NCBI GenBank assembly: GCA_038087875.1
Contig: CM075990.1
Span: 3,102,001-3,166,000, forward strand
From: Malacoraja senta
Taxonomy: Eukaryota
Direction of reading: 5' to 3'
Length of the DNA: 64,000 bases
Below are positions 1 through 11,699 of the stretch, piece by piece; the stretch's first letter is position 1, and each line of letters starts with the position of its first letter. A program made the translations under genes and the position numbers. Under the pieces are notes generated by a model that had not been told where the DNA came from, did no database searches, and saw only the letters and a program-made list of their open reading frames with translations.

Positions 1-96
1 CTTCGGTCCACCAAGTCCGTGTTGACCAGCGATCACCCTGCACGCTAGCACTATCCCACATTGGGACAATTTACAATTTTACCAAAGCCAATTTAG

Positions 97-1494
97 TTGT
101 TCCGAGCAAACACTGGCCCGATCCCCACACTCTATCTCAATTGCATTGATGACTGCATCGGTGCTACCTCCTGCACCCATGCAGAACTCATGGACCTCAT
201 TAACTTCACCACCAATTTCCATCCTGCACTCAAATTCACTTGGACAATCTCTGACACTGCCCTCCCCTTTCTTGATCTCATCATCTCCATCACAGGAGAC
301 AGACTATCGTCTATTACAAACCCATTGACTCTATCTCGACTACACTTCCCACCCTGCTTCCTGCAAAGTCTCTATCCCCTACTCCAAATTCTTCCGTCTA
401 CGCCACATCTGTGCCCAAGATGAGCTGTTCCATACCAGGACCTCTTTAGGGAACGGGAGTTCCCTTTTTCCATCATAAATGTCAAGTCAAGTCAAGTCAA
501 GTCAAGTGAGTTTATTGTCATGAGGCAAATGAGGCCCTCACTCGTGTCTCCTCGGTACCCCACAGCTCCGCTCTTGCTCCGTCTCCCCCTAGTCTCAATT
601 GGGACTATTCCCTGCTTTTCACCCCATCAGCTGTCGCATGCATCACATAATCCTCAGACATTTTCTCCACCTCCAACTGGATCCCTCCACCAGCCACATT
701 TTCCCATCTCCATCCCTGTCCGCCGTCTGCAGTGACCGTTCCCTCCGCAACTCCCTGGTTAACTCATCCCTTCCCACCCAACAACCCCATTCCCAGTACC
801 TTCCCCTGCAACCTCAGAAGATGCCACACCAGTCCATATACCTCCTCCCTCGACTCTGTCCAGGGACCCCAACTGTCCTTTCAGGTTAGGCAGAGGTTCA
901 CTTGCACCTCCTCCAACCTCATCTACTGGATCCATTGTTCAAGATGTGGACTCTTATACATTGGCGAGACCAAACGCTGACTGGGCGATCGTTTTGCTGA
1001 ACACCTTCACTCAGTCCACTTGGACCTACTTGATCTCCCAGTTGCCAAACACTTTAATTCTCCTTCCCATTCCCACACCGACCTTTCTGTCCTGGGTCTC
1101 CTCCATTGTCAGAGTGAGTCTAAACGCAAATTGGAGGAACAGCATCTCATATTTCGCTTGGGCAGCTTACAACCCAGTGGTATGAATATTAACTTCTCTA
1201 ACTTCAAGTAACCCCTGCATTCCCTCTCTCTCCAACCCTCCCCCACCCAAGTCGCACCAGCTTCTCGTTCTCACCTAGCAAACAGCTAACAATAACCTGT
1301 TTTCTTTAATATTGTTACTTTTTTTGCATATTTTTCATTTATTTGTTCTTTATCTCTCTACATCATCGTCTATATCCCTCGTTTCCTTTTCCCCCGACTC
1401 TGTCTGAAGAAGGGTCTCGACCCAAAACGTCACCCATTCCTTCTCTCCAGAGATGCTGCCTGTCCCGCTGAGTTACTCCAGCATTTGGAGTCTG
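97..1494 (+). mobile_element. Penelope-like retroelement (Poseidon-type), 5'-truncated and frameshifted: RT C-terminus, GIY-YIG endonuclease and 3' terminal repeat
   Basis: ORF pieces read IDDCIG...FHPALKFTWTISDTALPFLDL (RT), FTCTSSNLIYWIHCSRCGLLYIGETKR (GIY-YIG) and PVAKHFNSPSH...EEQHLIFRLGSLQPSGMN. It interrupts a SINE (1-96 and 1495-1672). Confidence 0.92.
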
Positions 1495-1672
1495 TCAACC
1501 TACAAACCTGTACGTCTTTGGAGTAGGAGGAAACCGGAGCACCCGGAGAAAACCCACGCGGTCGCTGGGAGAACGTACGAACTCCATACAGACAGCACCC
1601 GTAGTCAGGATGGAACCTGGGTCTCTGCCGCTGTGAGGCAGAAACTCTACCGCTGCGCCACCCTGCCGCCAC
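1495..1672 (-). mobile_element. HE1-like tRNA-derived V-SINE, head half (tail half at 1-96)
   Basis: Reverse complement has A box TGGCGCAGCGG, B box GGTTCCATCC and V-core GAGTTCGTACGTTCTCCC...GGTTTCCTCC. Confidence 0.85.
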
Positions 1673-1964
1673 CAACCCTTATTACCTCAATCTCCTTTCC
1701 TGTTGCTTCTTCAAAGGTTTCTCTGAGGTTGGTCGACCACAATCTACCCCTGAGAAATTATGCTGATTAGCTCACACCTCTCCAAGAGTTTTAATTTCAT
1801 CCCATATTACACACTCTCGTGGTTTATGAACCACTCAGCTAGCTGACTGACTGCTTTATAATTCCCGTGTTATCACTGACTCCCAGCTCCTTTGGCACGG
1901 TTTCTATTCCGAGAAAGATATACTAGTCAGGTTTTGTACGGATTTGGGGATATCAGTGATCAGT

Positions 1965-2277
1965 TTTGTTTGGTTGAGTTTCGTTTAGAGATACCGAGCA
2001 GAAACAGGCCCTTCGGCCCACCTAGTCCGGGCCAACCAGCGATCACCCCGTACACTAGCACTATCCTACACTCCAGTGACAATTTACAGAAGCCAATTAA
2101 CCTACAAACTTGTTCGTCTTTGGAGTGTGGGGGGAAACCGGAGCACCTGGAGAAAACCCACGCCGTCACAGGGAGAACATGCAAACTCCGTACAGACAGC
2201 ACCTTTAGTCAGGATTGAACTCAAACTTCTGATGCTGTGAGGCAGCAACTCTACCACTGTGCCACCATGCCGCCCAG
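1965..2277 (-). mobile_element. HE1-like V-SINE, full length
   Basis: tRNA-like head, V-core, CR1-like tail GGGCCGAAGGGCCTGTTTC and (CTAAA)n end. Confidence 0.88.
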
Positions 2278-2375
2278 TTCATTGGTTACCCTGTCCAACT
2301 CTAACTTGAATTGGGCAGCATACAGGTAACCGTTGCATAGGTATACTCCAAATGCACACACATGCAACAATCAAA

Positions 2376-2560
2376 GTAGCGCAGCGGCAGAGACCTGTGT
2401 TCGATCCTGACCATGGGTGCTGTCGGTATAGAGTTTGTACCTTCTCCCCGTAACCTCGTGGGTTTTCTCCAGGTGCTCCGGTTTCCTCGCACACTCCCAA
2501 AGACATACAGGTTTGTAGCTTAAGTAGATTCTGTGACATGCCCCTAGTGTGTAGGATAAC
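2376..2560 (+). mobile_element. HE1-like V-SINE, partial
   Basis: GCGCAGCGG...GTTCGATCCTGACC...V-core. Confidence 0.8.
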
Positions 2561-2624
2561 CTATCAGTTCCAATGATACGCTACTGAACCATTCCTGCAT
2601 GTGCTTCAATGCTTGTGTATTCTA

Positions 2625-2910
2625 ATTTTAGTATTAGTTTTAGAGATACAGCATGGAAACAGGCCGTTTTGCCCACCGAGTCCATGCTGATAAACCCATA
2701 CACTAGCACCATCCTACACACTAGGGACAATTTACAATTTTACCAAAGCCAAATAACCTTTTGCATGTGGGAGGAAAACAGAGCACCCGGAAGAAACCCA
2801 TGCGGTCACAGGGAGAACGTGCAAACTCCGTACCAGCAGCACCCGTAGCCAGGATCGAACCCAGGTCTCTGGCGATGTAAGGCAGCAACTCTACCGCTGC
2901 GTCACCGTGC
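2625..2910 (-). mobile_element. HE1-like V-SINE
   Basis: Same head, core and tail motifs. Confidence 0.85.
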
Positions 2911-2959
2911 AGAGGTGCTTTTACCTCTCTTGAAGCTTTTCTTTTTAATGCACCACAAC

Positions 2960-3147
2960 AACGGATATTTTTAAGGCAGAGATAGACAGATTCTTTATTA
3001 GTACGGGTGTCAGCGGTTATGGGGAGAAGGCAGGGGGATGGGGTTGAGAGGGAGAGATAGACAAGATCAGCCATGATTGAATGGGAGAGTACACTTGATG
3101 GGCTGAATGGTCCAATTCTGCTCCTATCATTAATGAACTTATGAACG
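2960..3147 (+). mobile_element. CR1/HER1-like LINE 3' end
   Basis: GATATTTTTAAGGCAGAGATAGAC (DIFKAEID)...GATCAGCCATGATTGAATGG...AATTCTGCTCCTAT. Confidence 0.8.
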
Positions 3148-3727
3148 ATTCCATCATTGAAATCTCACTTTGAAAAATCTTACGAAGTAAATGTTGCGAC
3201 TCTTAATGGCAGGAATAATTAATGCCAATTTAAACTAACTGAGGAGAGCAGCAAGCACGAAGGCTGATTGCTCACTGCAGTCACCAAAGAGGTCAGCTTA
3301 TCCAGCCTCATACACTGAGGACATCTGCTAGGCCTATTGATTTAATACACTTCATTGGAAGATTTGGCTAATTGAACCTGCTTAATATGACTTTTGATAT
3401 ACAATGAAGTTCTGAATGTTGTCCGCCTGATCTCCGAAGTGTAATTTATTGCTCCTTAATTGCGAATACATTTAAGGCTTGGGTGAAGAGTGCCTCTTCA
3501 GGATTCAACCATCACCATGATGAAATTAAGCTTTGAATTCATACAAGGGCATTGGGATATCAGGAGACAAGCCCATAGAAAGCTTTGAAAACAAATCTTC
3601 AACATTGCAGGAGTGATTAAGTTTCCAGGTTAATTCTTCAGTATAAGCTGGACATGTTGAAAATTTCGGCGACATATGACAGGTGCCGGCAGTCGCCTGT
3701 AAAGGTTGCGTAAGTGGGACAGCCCCT

Positions 3728-4090
3728 TTACTCAGTAGGTCGGGCAACGTCACTGGAGAACATGGATCAGTGGTGTTTTGTGTCAGGACCCTTCTTCTGT
3801 ATAAGTTGTGTTAGTTGCCCTTTGCTATTGAGGCAAAGACTGTTCAGTTTAACTCAGCGGGTCAGGCAGTATCTCTGGAGAAAAGGGAGAGGTGACGTTT
3901 CGGGTCAAGACCCTTTTTCAGTGTCAGAATTGTGCCCAATATCCCACTGTGGTTGTCTGAAGAAGGGTCTCGACCGGAAACTTCACCTATTTCTTTTCTC
4001 CAGAGATGCTGCCTGACCCAGTGAGTTACTCCAGCTTTTTGTGTCTATCTTCAGTGTAAACCAGCATCTTGCAGATCCTTCCTATACATA
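3728..4090. mobile_element. Penelope terminal-repeat fragments in inverted arrangement
   Basis: Two minus-strand pieces (ACTCAGCGGGTCAGGCAG...) face a plus-strand piece (CTGAAGAAGGGTCTCGACC...CAGAGATGCTGCCTGACC). Confidence 0.75.
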
Positions 4091-4170
4091 GTTTAGTTCA
4101 GTTTTAGTTCAGTTTAGTTTAGTTTAGTTTAGTTTAGTTTAGTTTAGTTTAGTTCAGTTTAGTTCAGTTT
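4090..4170. repeat. (TTTAG/TTCAG)n pentanucleotide tract (retroposon tail expansion)
   Basis: Direct reading. Confidence 0.9.
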
Positions 4171-4590
4171 ATTGTCCCATGTACCGAGGTACAGTGAAAA
4201 GATTGTTGTTGCGTGCTATCCAGTCAGCGGAAAGATTATACATGATTACAATCATAGAAACATAGAAACATAGAAAATAGTGCAGGAGTAGGCCATTCGG
4301 CCCTTCGAGCCAGCACCGCCATTCAATATGATCATGGCTGATCATCCCCAATCAGTACCCTGCTCCTGCTTTTTCCCCATATCCCTTGATTCCTTTAGAC
4401 CTAAGAGTGCTATCTTAGCTAATCGAGCCATCCACAGTGTACATATACAGGATAAAGGGAATAACGTTTAGTGCAAGTCCAATTAAAGATAATCTGCAAA
4501 GATGTCGATAGTATCTCAGGACCTCTCTCCAGTTGGTGATAGGATGGTTCAGTTGCCTGATAACAGCAGGGAAGAAACCATCTTTTAATT
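4168..4590 (-). mobile_element. Rex1/Babar-type 3' UTR with a nested CR1 tail (4254-4418)
   Basis: TTTATTGTC...GAGGTACAGTGAAAA tail, related to those at 36430-36670, 45510-45703 and 59450-59625. Confidence 0.65.
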
Positions 4591-4837
4591 CTCCCCACCA
4601 TGTCTACCCATCAGTTTTCTCTGGATTCAAACGCTCACCTACATACAGTATTGTCAATTTAGCTACCATATTGACAATAACCAATTAAGGTCCAAACCCA
4701 GTATCTCCTTGGGATGTGGGAGGAAATTGGAGCATTTAAAACAACACAGCCACAGGGAGAACCTGCAGACTCCACCAAGATAGCACTGGAGGCCAGGCTA
4801 AGTGGCTGGGCCTGTGATCTACCCTGCCACTCCCACT

Positions 4838-5725
4838 GAGGTTGTTTTCTCTGGAGCGTTGGAGGCTGAGGGGAAACCTGATTATAAAATATATTAAATT
4901 GTCAGGAATAGATGGAGGAGAAATGCCAAAGGCTAGAGGGCATAGGTGTAAGGTGAGAGGGCCAAAGTTTAAAGGAGATGTACGGGGCAAGTTTTGTACT
5001 CAGAGGGTGGTGAATTTCTGAAATACGCTGCCAGGGGTGGAGGTGGAGGCAGATACAATAGTGGCATCTACGAGGATTTTAGATAGACACATGGATATGC
5101 AGTGAATGGAGGGATATGGATCATATGCAGGTAGATGAGATTAGTTTATCTTGACATCATGTTTGGCACTCAGGTTGTCAACTTTCTCTCTCCCAAATAA
5201 GGGACAAAAGGTCAAAATACAGGACAAATTCCCGGCGGCAATTTGTTGACCGACTCGGCCGTGGCTGGGTGAATGATGAGTTGGCCCGGGTGCTGGACTG
5301 CACACAAAGCCCAGCCGGCGGGCCAGCGCGCAAAGTTCGGCACCCCATCCAACTCATGAACCGATGATCGGCCATGAGAAGGAGGGGTGGTGGTGGTGTC
5401 GGCGGTAAGTGAAGGTCCGAAGGTCGGACAGCTGGCCTGGCTGCCGACCGACGGGGCCACGGGCGAGGTGCTGCTGCTGCTGCACTCCATGGGCTGCACT
5501 ACGTCGGGACGGGTGAGGCGGGGCCGGACGCAGCGCTCCGACCCGACAGTCCCCTCGACCCAAGTCGTAGCAGTCAAATACGGGACAAGGGCGGTCCCAT
5601 ATGGGACAAACTAATTTAGCCCGATGTAAGGGATGTCCCGGCTAATACGGGACAGTTGGCAACCTTATTTGACACAGAAATTGTGAGCCAAAAGAACTAT
5701 TCCTGTGCTGTTCTGCTCTTTTGTG
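4838..5725 (+). mobile_element. CR1-like LINE 3' fragment interrupted by a MITE
   Basis: TTTTCTCTGGAGCGTTGGAGGCTGAGGGG...AGAGGGCATAGG...CAGAGGGTGGTGAAT motifs. Confidence 0.8.
5170..5667. mobile_element. Non-autonomous hAT (Blackjack-like) DNA transposon / MITE
   Basis: Degenerate TIRs TCAGGTTGTCAAC / GTTGGCAACCTTA; 8-bp TSD TTTGGCAC (5162-5169) / TTTGACAC (5668-5675); subterminal GGGAC repeats. Confidence 0.8.
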
Positions 5726-5910
5726 CATTTCTACCAGAAGGGCACATGTTCAGATAGAAATAGTTGTTTAAGAACTCCATCTTAGATAGTCATACAGCAT
5801 GGAAGCAGGCCTTTCAGCCCAACTTGCCTATGCTGGCCAAGATGCACCATCCATACAAGTCCCAACTGCCATACCTGGCCCATATCCCTCTAAACCTTTC
5901 CTATCCATGT

Positions 5911-6605
5911 AGATTCAAGAGAGTTTATTGTCATGTGTCCCTGATAGGGTAATGAAATTCTTGCTTTGCTTCAGCACAACAGAACATAGTAGGCATGAAT
6001 ACAGAACAGATCAGTGTGTCCATATCCCATTGTATAAATATATACAAACCTGAATAAATAAACTGATGAAGTGCAAATAACAGATTATGGGCTATTAATG
6101 TTCAAAGTTTTGTCCGAACCAAGTTTTATAGCCTGATGGCTGTGGGGAAGTAGGTATTCCTGAACCTGGTCGTTGCAGTCTTCAGGCTCCTGTACCTTCT
6201 ACCTGAAGGTAGCAGGGAGATGAGTGTGTGGCCAGGATGGTGTGGGTCCTTGATGATACTGCCAGCCTTTTTGAGGCAGCGACTGCGATAGATCCCCTCG
6301 ATGGAAGGGAGGTCAGAGCCGATGATGGACTGGGCAGTGTTTACTCCTTTTTGTAGTCTTTTCCGCTCCAGGGCGCTCAAGTTGCCGAACCAAGCCACGA
6401 TGCAACCGGTCAGCATGCTCTCTACTGTGCACCTGTAGAAGTTAGAGAGAGTCCTTCTTGACAAACCGACTCTCCGTAATCTTCTCAGGAAGTAGAGGCG
6501 CTGATGTGCTTTCTTAATAATTGCATCAGTGTTCTCGGACCAGGAAAGTTCTTCAGAGATGTGCACGCCCAGGAATTTGAAGCTCTTGACCCTTTCAACC
6601 ATCGA
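5911..6605 (-). mobile_element. Rex1/Babar LINE, RT C-terminal region and 3' UTR
   Basis: ORF reads VERVKSFKFLGVHISEELSWSENTDAIIKKAHQRLYFLRRL...PSGRRYRSL...FPTAIRL. Inserted in a CR1 tail (5785-5910, 6606-6690). Confidence 0.9.
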
Positions 6606-6822
6606 CTTGTCCAAATGCCTTGCCTGCCTCAACAACATCCTCTGGTAGCTCGCTCCACATAGCCACCACCTTCTGTGTGAATTACTATGTAGATGGTCCA
6701 TTAAAAAATACAGATGAAAAGTCCTAAACCATTGTTGTAGACAAAATGTGTGGGGAGGAACTGCACAGTTTTCTGTGCCAACACCTCAATAGGTGATCAC
6801 ATCATTCCCCTCATGTTAGCTT

Positions 6823-7131
6823 TGTTTAGATTAGTTTAGAGATACAGCGTAAAAACAGGTACCTTGGTCCACTGAGTCCGCGCCGACCAGCGATCACCCG
6901 TACACGAGCACTATCCTAGACACTAGGGACCATCTACTATTTACAGAGGCCAATGAACCTACATGCTGTACGTCTTTGGAGTGTGGGAGGAAACCGAAGA
7001 TCTCGGAGAAAACCCACACGGTCATGGGGAGAAGGTACAAATTCCGTACAGACAGCACCCGTAGTCAGGATCGAACCCGGGTCTCTTCCGCTGTAAGGTA
7101 GAGACTCTACCACTGCGCCACCTTGCCGCCC
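6823..7131 (-). mobile_element. HE1-like V-SINE, full length
   Basis: Head, core and tail motifs. Confidence 0.88.
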
Positions 7132-7489
7132 TATTTGGATTTTTCTTTATAAAGATTGACTGCCAACTGTGAGAAAATGCTAAACGTTCTTCATTAACTG
7201 CAAGCCTCTTCGTAACATCCTGAGACCATGAAGATCATTGCAAACTTAAATGCTATTAATATTTTGTGCAGATTTGACAGAAACACTGGGATACCGAGAT
7301 CTTGTGCTGTGGTGTTGCAAGATGTGGCTATTAACTAAAGTAGAACTTGCATTTCATTATTTTCCCTGCCTTCCCCCCCCGAGGCAAGGAATAATTTAAA
7401 AGCAAACAAAATTGATCTTATCGAAGTTCCCTTTCATAAAATCATTTATTTACAGTAGATGATGCACTCTGTACAGAAACACAGAAAGT

Positions 7490-7740
7490 TGGCATTGTGG
7501 GGCAGCGAGTGATTTGCAAAGCAAATAGAATCTTTATTACAAAGAGGATGAAGTATTAAATGCAAGTGTTGCTGCAAATATGCGGTTCACTGATGAGACC
7601 ACACCTGGAATAGCATGTACTGTTTGCTCTCCCTGTTTAGAATGGGGTAAGATTGCATTTGGCAAAGTTCACAAAAGGCTCACAACAATTGAAGAGGTTG
7701 CATAAGAGAGAACCGTGTGCAAGTTCAGAGGAATGGTAGA
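7490..7740 (+). mobile_element. Old degenerate CR1 RT fragment
   Basis: CTGATGAGACCACACCTGGAATAG corresponds to the LVRPHLEY motif. Confidence 0.55.
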
Positions 7741-7744
7741 GTCC

Positions 7745-8885
7745 TAACGTCATTAGGTCATTCGCCCATCAAGTCTACTCCGCCATTCAATCATGGCTGA
7801 TCTATCTCTCCTTCCTAACACCATTCTCCTGCCTTCTCCCCATAACCCATGACACCCTCAAGAATCTATCTATCTCTGACTTTAAAACATCCATTCACCT
7901 GCCCTCCACAGCCTTCTGTGGCAAAGAATTCTACAGATTCACCACCGACTAAAATATTCTCCTCATCTCCTCATCTCATACAGTCATACAGTGTAGAAAC
8001 AGGCCCTTCTGCCCAACTTGCCCACGCTGACCAACATGCTCCATCTATCTACCTACCTGCATTTGGCCCATCCCACCTACCTGCGTTTGGCCCATATCCC
8101 TCCAAACCTGTCCTATACATGCACCTGTTTCTTAAATGTTGCGATAGTCCCTGCCTCAACTATCGCCTCTGGCACTTGTTCCATACACCCACCACCCTTT
8201 GTGTGAAAAAGTCACCCCTCAAGTTCCTATTAAATCTTTCCCCCCCTCACCTTAAACCACTATTGATTCCCCTACTCTGGGCAAAAGACTGTGCGTCTAC
8301 CTGACCTATGCCCCTCATGTTTTATACACCTCTATAAGATCGGCCCTCATTCTCCTGCACTCCAAGGAATCGACCCATCCTACTCAACCTTGCCCTATAG
8401 CTCAGGCCCTCAATTCCTGGCAACATCCTTGTAAATCTTCTCTGTGCCCTTTGCGGCTTGACAACATCTTTCCTATAAGATGGTGACCACAACTGAACAC
8501 AATACTGTGAAGGAAGACAAGAATGCTGGAGAAACTCAGCGGGTGAGGCAGCATCTATGGAGCGAAGGAATAGGTGATGTTTCGTCGGAGAGTGGAGAAC
8601 AATACTGTGAATGTGGCTTCACCGATGTTGTAGATAACTGCAACATGGCCCCATAGCAGAAGCGTCCACGTCGCGGGGCTGGAAACTGGCGGTATCCGGA
8701 GATAAGTCTGCTGCCACCATCATCTATTGTAACAAGTGGTGGCTCCCACTGATTGTCACCAGAAACTTACGTCCTTTTCAGGACGGATGATGACAGTGAT
8801 GTCAACAATTGTAACAAGATGGACTCGAAAAGAAGAAGACTGCAACACGACCTCCCGACTTCATACTCGTTACTCCGACTGATCA
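7745..8885 (-). mobile_element. Adjacent CR1 3' fragments of two subfamilies, with nested small insertions
   Basis: CCATTCAATCATGGCTGATCTATC tail, then AACAGGCCCTTC...CCATACACCCACCACCC...TGACCACAACTGAACACAATACT. Confidence 0.8.
8648..8838 (+). mobile_element. Unclassified short retroposon 3' end with (AGA)n tail
   Basis: TSD ACTGCAACATG (8637-8647) / ACTGCAACACG (8839-8849); ends AAAAGAAGAAG. Confidence 0.65.
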
Positions 8886-9437
8886 CATTGAAATATATTT
8901 TTTTAAACAAGCGTGCTTAACATTGAGTAAATGCAGAGCAGATGTTTCTACTTAAAGGGGAAGCTAGAGCACCAAGACATAGTTTCAGAATAAGGGGTTG
9001 CATTTTTAAGACGGAAATGAGAGGGAACTTTTTTAACTCTCAGAAGGCAATAAATCTTAGGGATTCTCTCCCGAGAGTTGTGTAGGATGAATCTGAACCT
9101 GGGAATATTTTCCAGGTAGATATAGAGAGATTTTTGATACACAGGGCAACTGAGAATAATAGGGAATAGTCATAGTCATGGGGTCATTCTGCAAGGAAAC
9201 AGGCCCTTCGGCCCAACTTGCCGATCCTGACCAAGATGCCCCATCACCACTAGTCCCATCTGACCATGTTTGGCCCATATTCCTCTAAACCTATCGTATC
9301 CATGTACCTGTCCAAATGTCTTTTACATGTTCCAATAGTATCTACCTCAACTACCTCCTTTTGCAGCTCGTTCTATACACCCACCACCAGTCACCCAGGC
9401 TATTAGTTGAGGAAATTCAATGGAGAGAAAACTAATC

Positions 9438-9800
9438 CCAGTACACAAGCACTATCGTGGACACCAGGGACAATTTACAATCTTTACCGAAGCCAATTAA
9501 CTCTCAAACCTGTATGTCTTTGGAATGTGAGCGGAGACCGGAGCACGAACTTGGGAGAACATACAAACTCCCAACAGATAGTCAGGATCGGATCCGGGTC
9601 TCTGGCGCTGTAAGGCAGCAACTCTACCGCTGCGCCACCGTGCTGCCCTCTGTATTGGCTTCTGACAATTCTAAATTGTCCCTAGTGTGCAAATTCTAAA
9701 TTGTCCCTTAGTGCTAGTGTGCGTGGCTGGTCGCTGGTTGGCGTGGACTGGGTGGGCCGAAGGGCCCCTTTCTAAGCTGTGTGTCCCTGAAGGCTAAAGG
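9438..9800. mobile_element. HE1-like SINE pieces in inverted arrangement (minus 9438-9647, plus 9655-9800)
   Basis: Head and core on the minus strand, followed directly by a plus-strand tail. Confidence 0.75.
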
Positions 9801-10484
9801 GGACGTGCGCGCGGAAGGAACCGGGAAGGAAAGAGTTAAATGTGTTGATTGTGAACTTTCCCCACTCCTGTTTATTGAGATTGACAACCGCTATTATGAT
9901 TTGCAGAATGTACGGAACAGAAATGGTGAAGAAGTGCTCCATGCTGTGAAAGGGGGAGTTTATTAATCTATTCTTTAGTTGGTAGGCATGTCATGGGTTC
10001 CAAGAATAGTAATGAAGATTAAAAAGAACATCATTCATTAAACAGTATGCAAACAACTGTTGTGATTAAAGAGCCCATATCCATTCCGTCGGCCTATTTG
10101 AGCAATTATTTTAACCTGTCAGAATGTAGATGAGTACAAAATAGTCTCATCAGATACTTGGGTTTTCTCAATGAGAAAGGCTTTTGCCTGCATGTTTTTT
10201 ATTTCTTCACTTAAACGGTTACAGGGCCTGACAAATAGTTGCCGCTAATCGTCTTACCCTGTGTTCTTCTATTTATGGATACATTTACTTCAGATTATGA
10301 AGGATACAGGGAGGTGATCCAATTTTCCACAGAACACAGATGTTTGCTGCTTTCCTGAGGTCAGCGGGCCTGGACTGCGTTATCCCTGAAAGAGACCACC
10401 TCCTCTTAGAGTAGATGCGGCAATGTACGAAGGTTCGTTGATATTTGCTTGGTCATCGTTGGTTTTGGTGGTACCGCATAATTG

Positions 10485-11225
10485 GTGGCACAGCGGCAGA
10501 GTTACTGCCTTTAAGCACCTGGGTTCCAGCCTGACTACGAGTGCTGTCTGTACAGAGTTTGCACGTTCTTCTTGTGACCGTGTGGGTTTCCTCCGGGTGC
10601 TCCGGTTTCCTCCCACACTCCAAGGCGTGCAGGTTTTTTGGTTTTTTTTTAAATTTTTTAAATTTTTTATTAATCAAAAATATTTATTCAAATATTAAAA
10701 TAATATATACAGCACAGTAAAATCCAAAACAGAACCCACCACCATAAGACACGACAAACAATAAACTATTATATAACTATATTACACTCCTTGTCGAGGA
10801 TGCATTCAACCCCCCTGCGGTGCCCAGCGGTCCCGGAAATCCCCCAGGGTGCCCGTGGACAGGGCGTATTCCCTTTCTAACCGCAACCGGGCACGGACGT
10901 ATCCCCGGAAAAGGGGCAGGCAGCCAGTTCGGGTAGAGCCCTCCACCGCCTGGCGCCAAGGCGTGCAGGTTGGTAGGTAAATTGGCTTCTGTAAATTATC
11001 ACTAGTGCGTAGGATAGTGCCAGTGTGTGGGTGATCGCTGGTCGGCACGGACTCGGTGGGCCGAAAGGCCTGTTTCTGCTCTGTATCTCTCAAGGCTAAA
11101 GCCTAAAGACACACATAAGGTAGAACTAGTATACGGGTGATCGCTGGGCGGCATGGACCCAGAGGGCCGAAGGGCCTGCTTCCATGCTCTATCTCTAAAA
11201 TTAAAACCAAAACTAAAAACTAAAA
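10485..11225 (+). mobile_element. HE1-like SINE with nested Tx1 insertion and a second tail copy
   Basis: Head at 10485; core resumes at 10972; second tail at 11118-11225. Confidence 0.82.
10636..10955 (-). mobile_element. L1-clade (Tx1-like) 3' fragment with poly(A) tail
   Basis: CLPLFRGYVRARLRLEREYALSTGTLGDFRDRWAPQG C-terminus; 16-bp TSD CCAAGGCGTGCAGGTT (10620-10635 / 10956-10971). Confidence 0.82.
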
Positions 11226-11242
11226 AATATTAGAATCTTAGA

Positions 11243-11697
11243 AGGTTAATTCCCGGGATGGCGGGACTGTCATATGCTGAGAGAATGGAGCAGCTGGGCT
11301 TGTACACTCTGGAGTTTAGAAGGATGAGGGGATATCTCATTGAAACATGTAAGATTGTTAAGGGCTTGGACATGCTAGAGGCAGGAAACGTGTTCCCGAT
11401 GTTGGGGGAGTCCAGAACCAGGGGCCACAGTTTAAGAATAAGGAGTAAGCCATTTAGAACGGAGACGAGGAAACACTTTTTCTCACAGAGAGTTGTGAGT
11501 CTGTGGAATTCTCTGCCTCAGAGGGCGGTGGAGGCCGGTTCTCTGGATACTTTCAAGAGAGAGTTAGATAGGGCTCTTAAAGATAGCGGAGTCAGGGGAT
11601 ATGGGGAGAAGGCAGGAACAGGGTACTGATTGGGGATGATCAGCCATGATCACATTGAATGGTGGTGCTGGCTCGAAGGGCCAAATGGCCTTCTCCT
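11243..11697 (+). mobile_element. CR1/HER1-like LINE 3' fragment (young subfamily)
   Basis: MAGLSYAERMEQLGLYTLEFRRMRG...SRTRGHSLRI...FFSQRVVSLWNSLP...GEKAGTGY*. Confidence 0.92.
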
Positions 11698-11699
11698 TG

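Noticed and set aside
9781..9973. 61-aa ORF or possible exon
   Set aside because: Starts in a SINE tail, shows no homology I recognise, and splice signals are weak.
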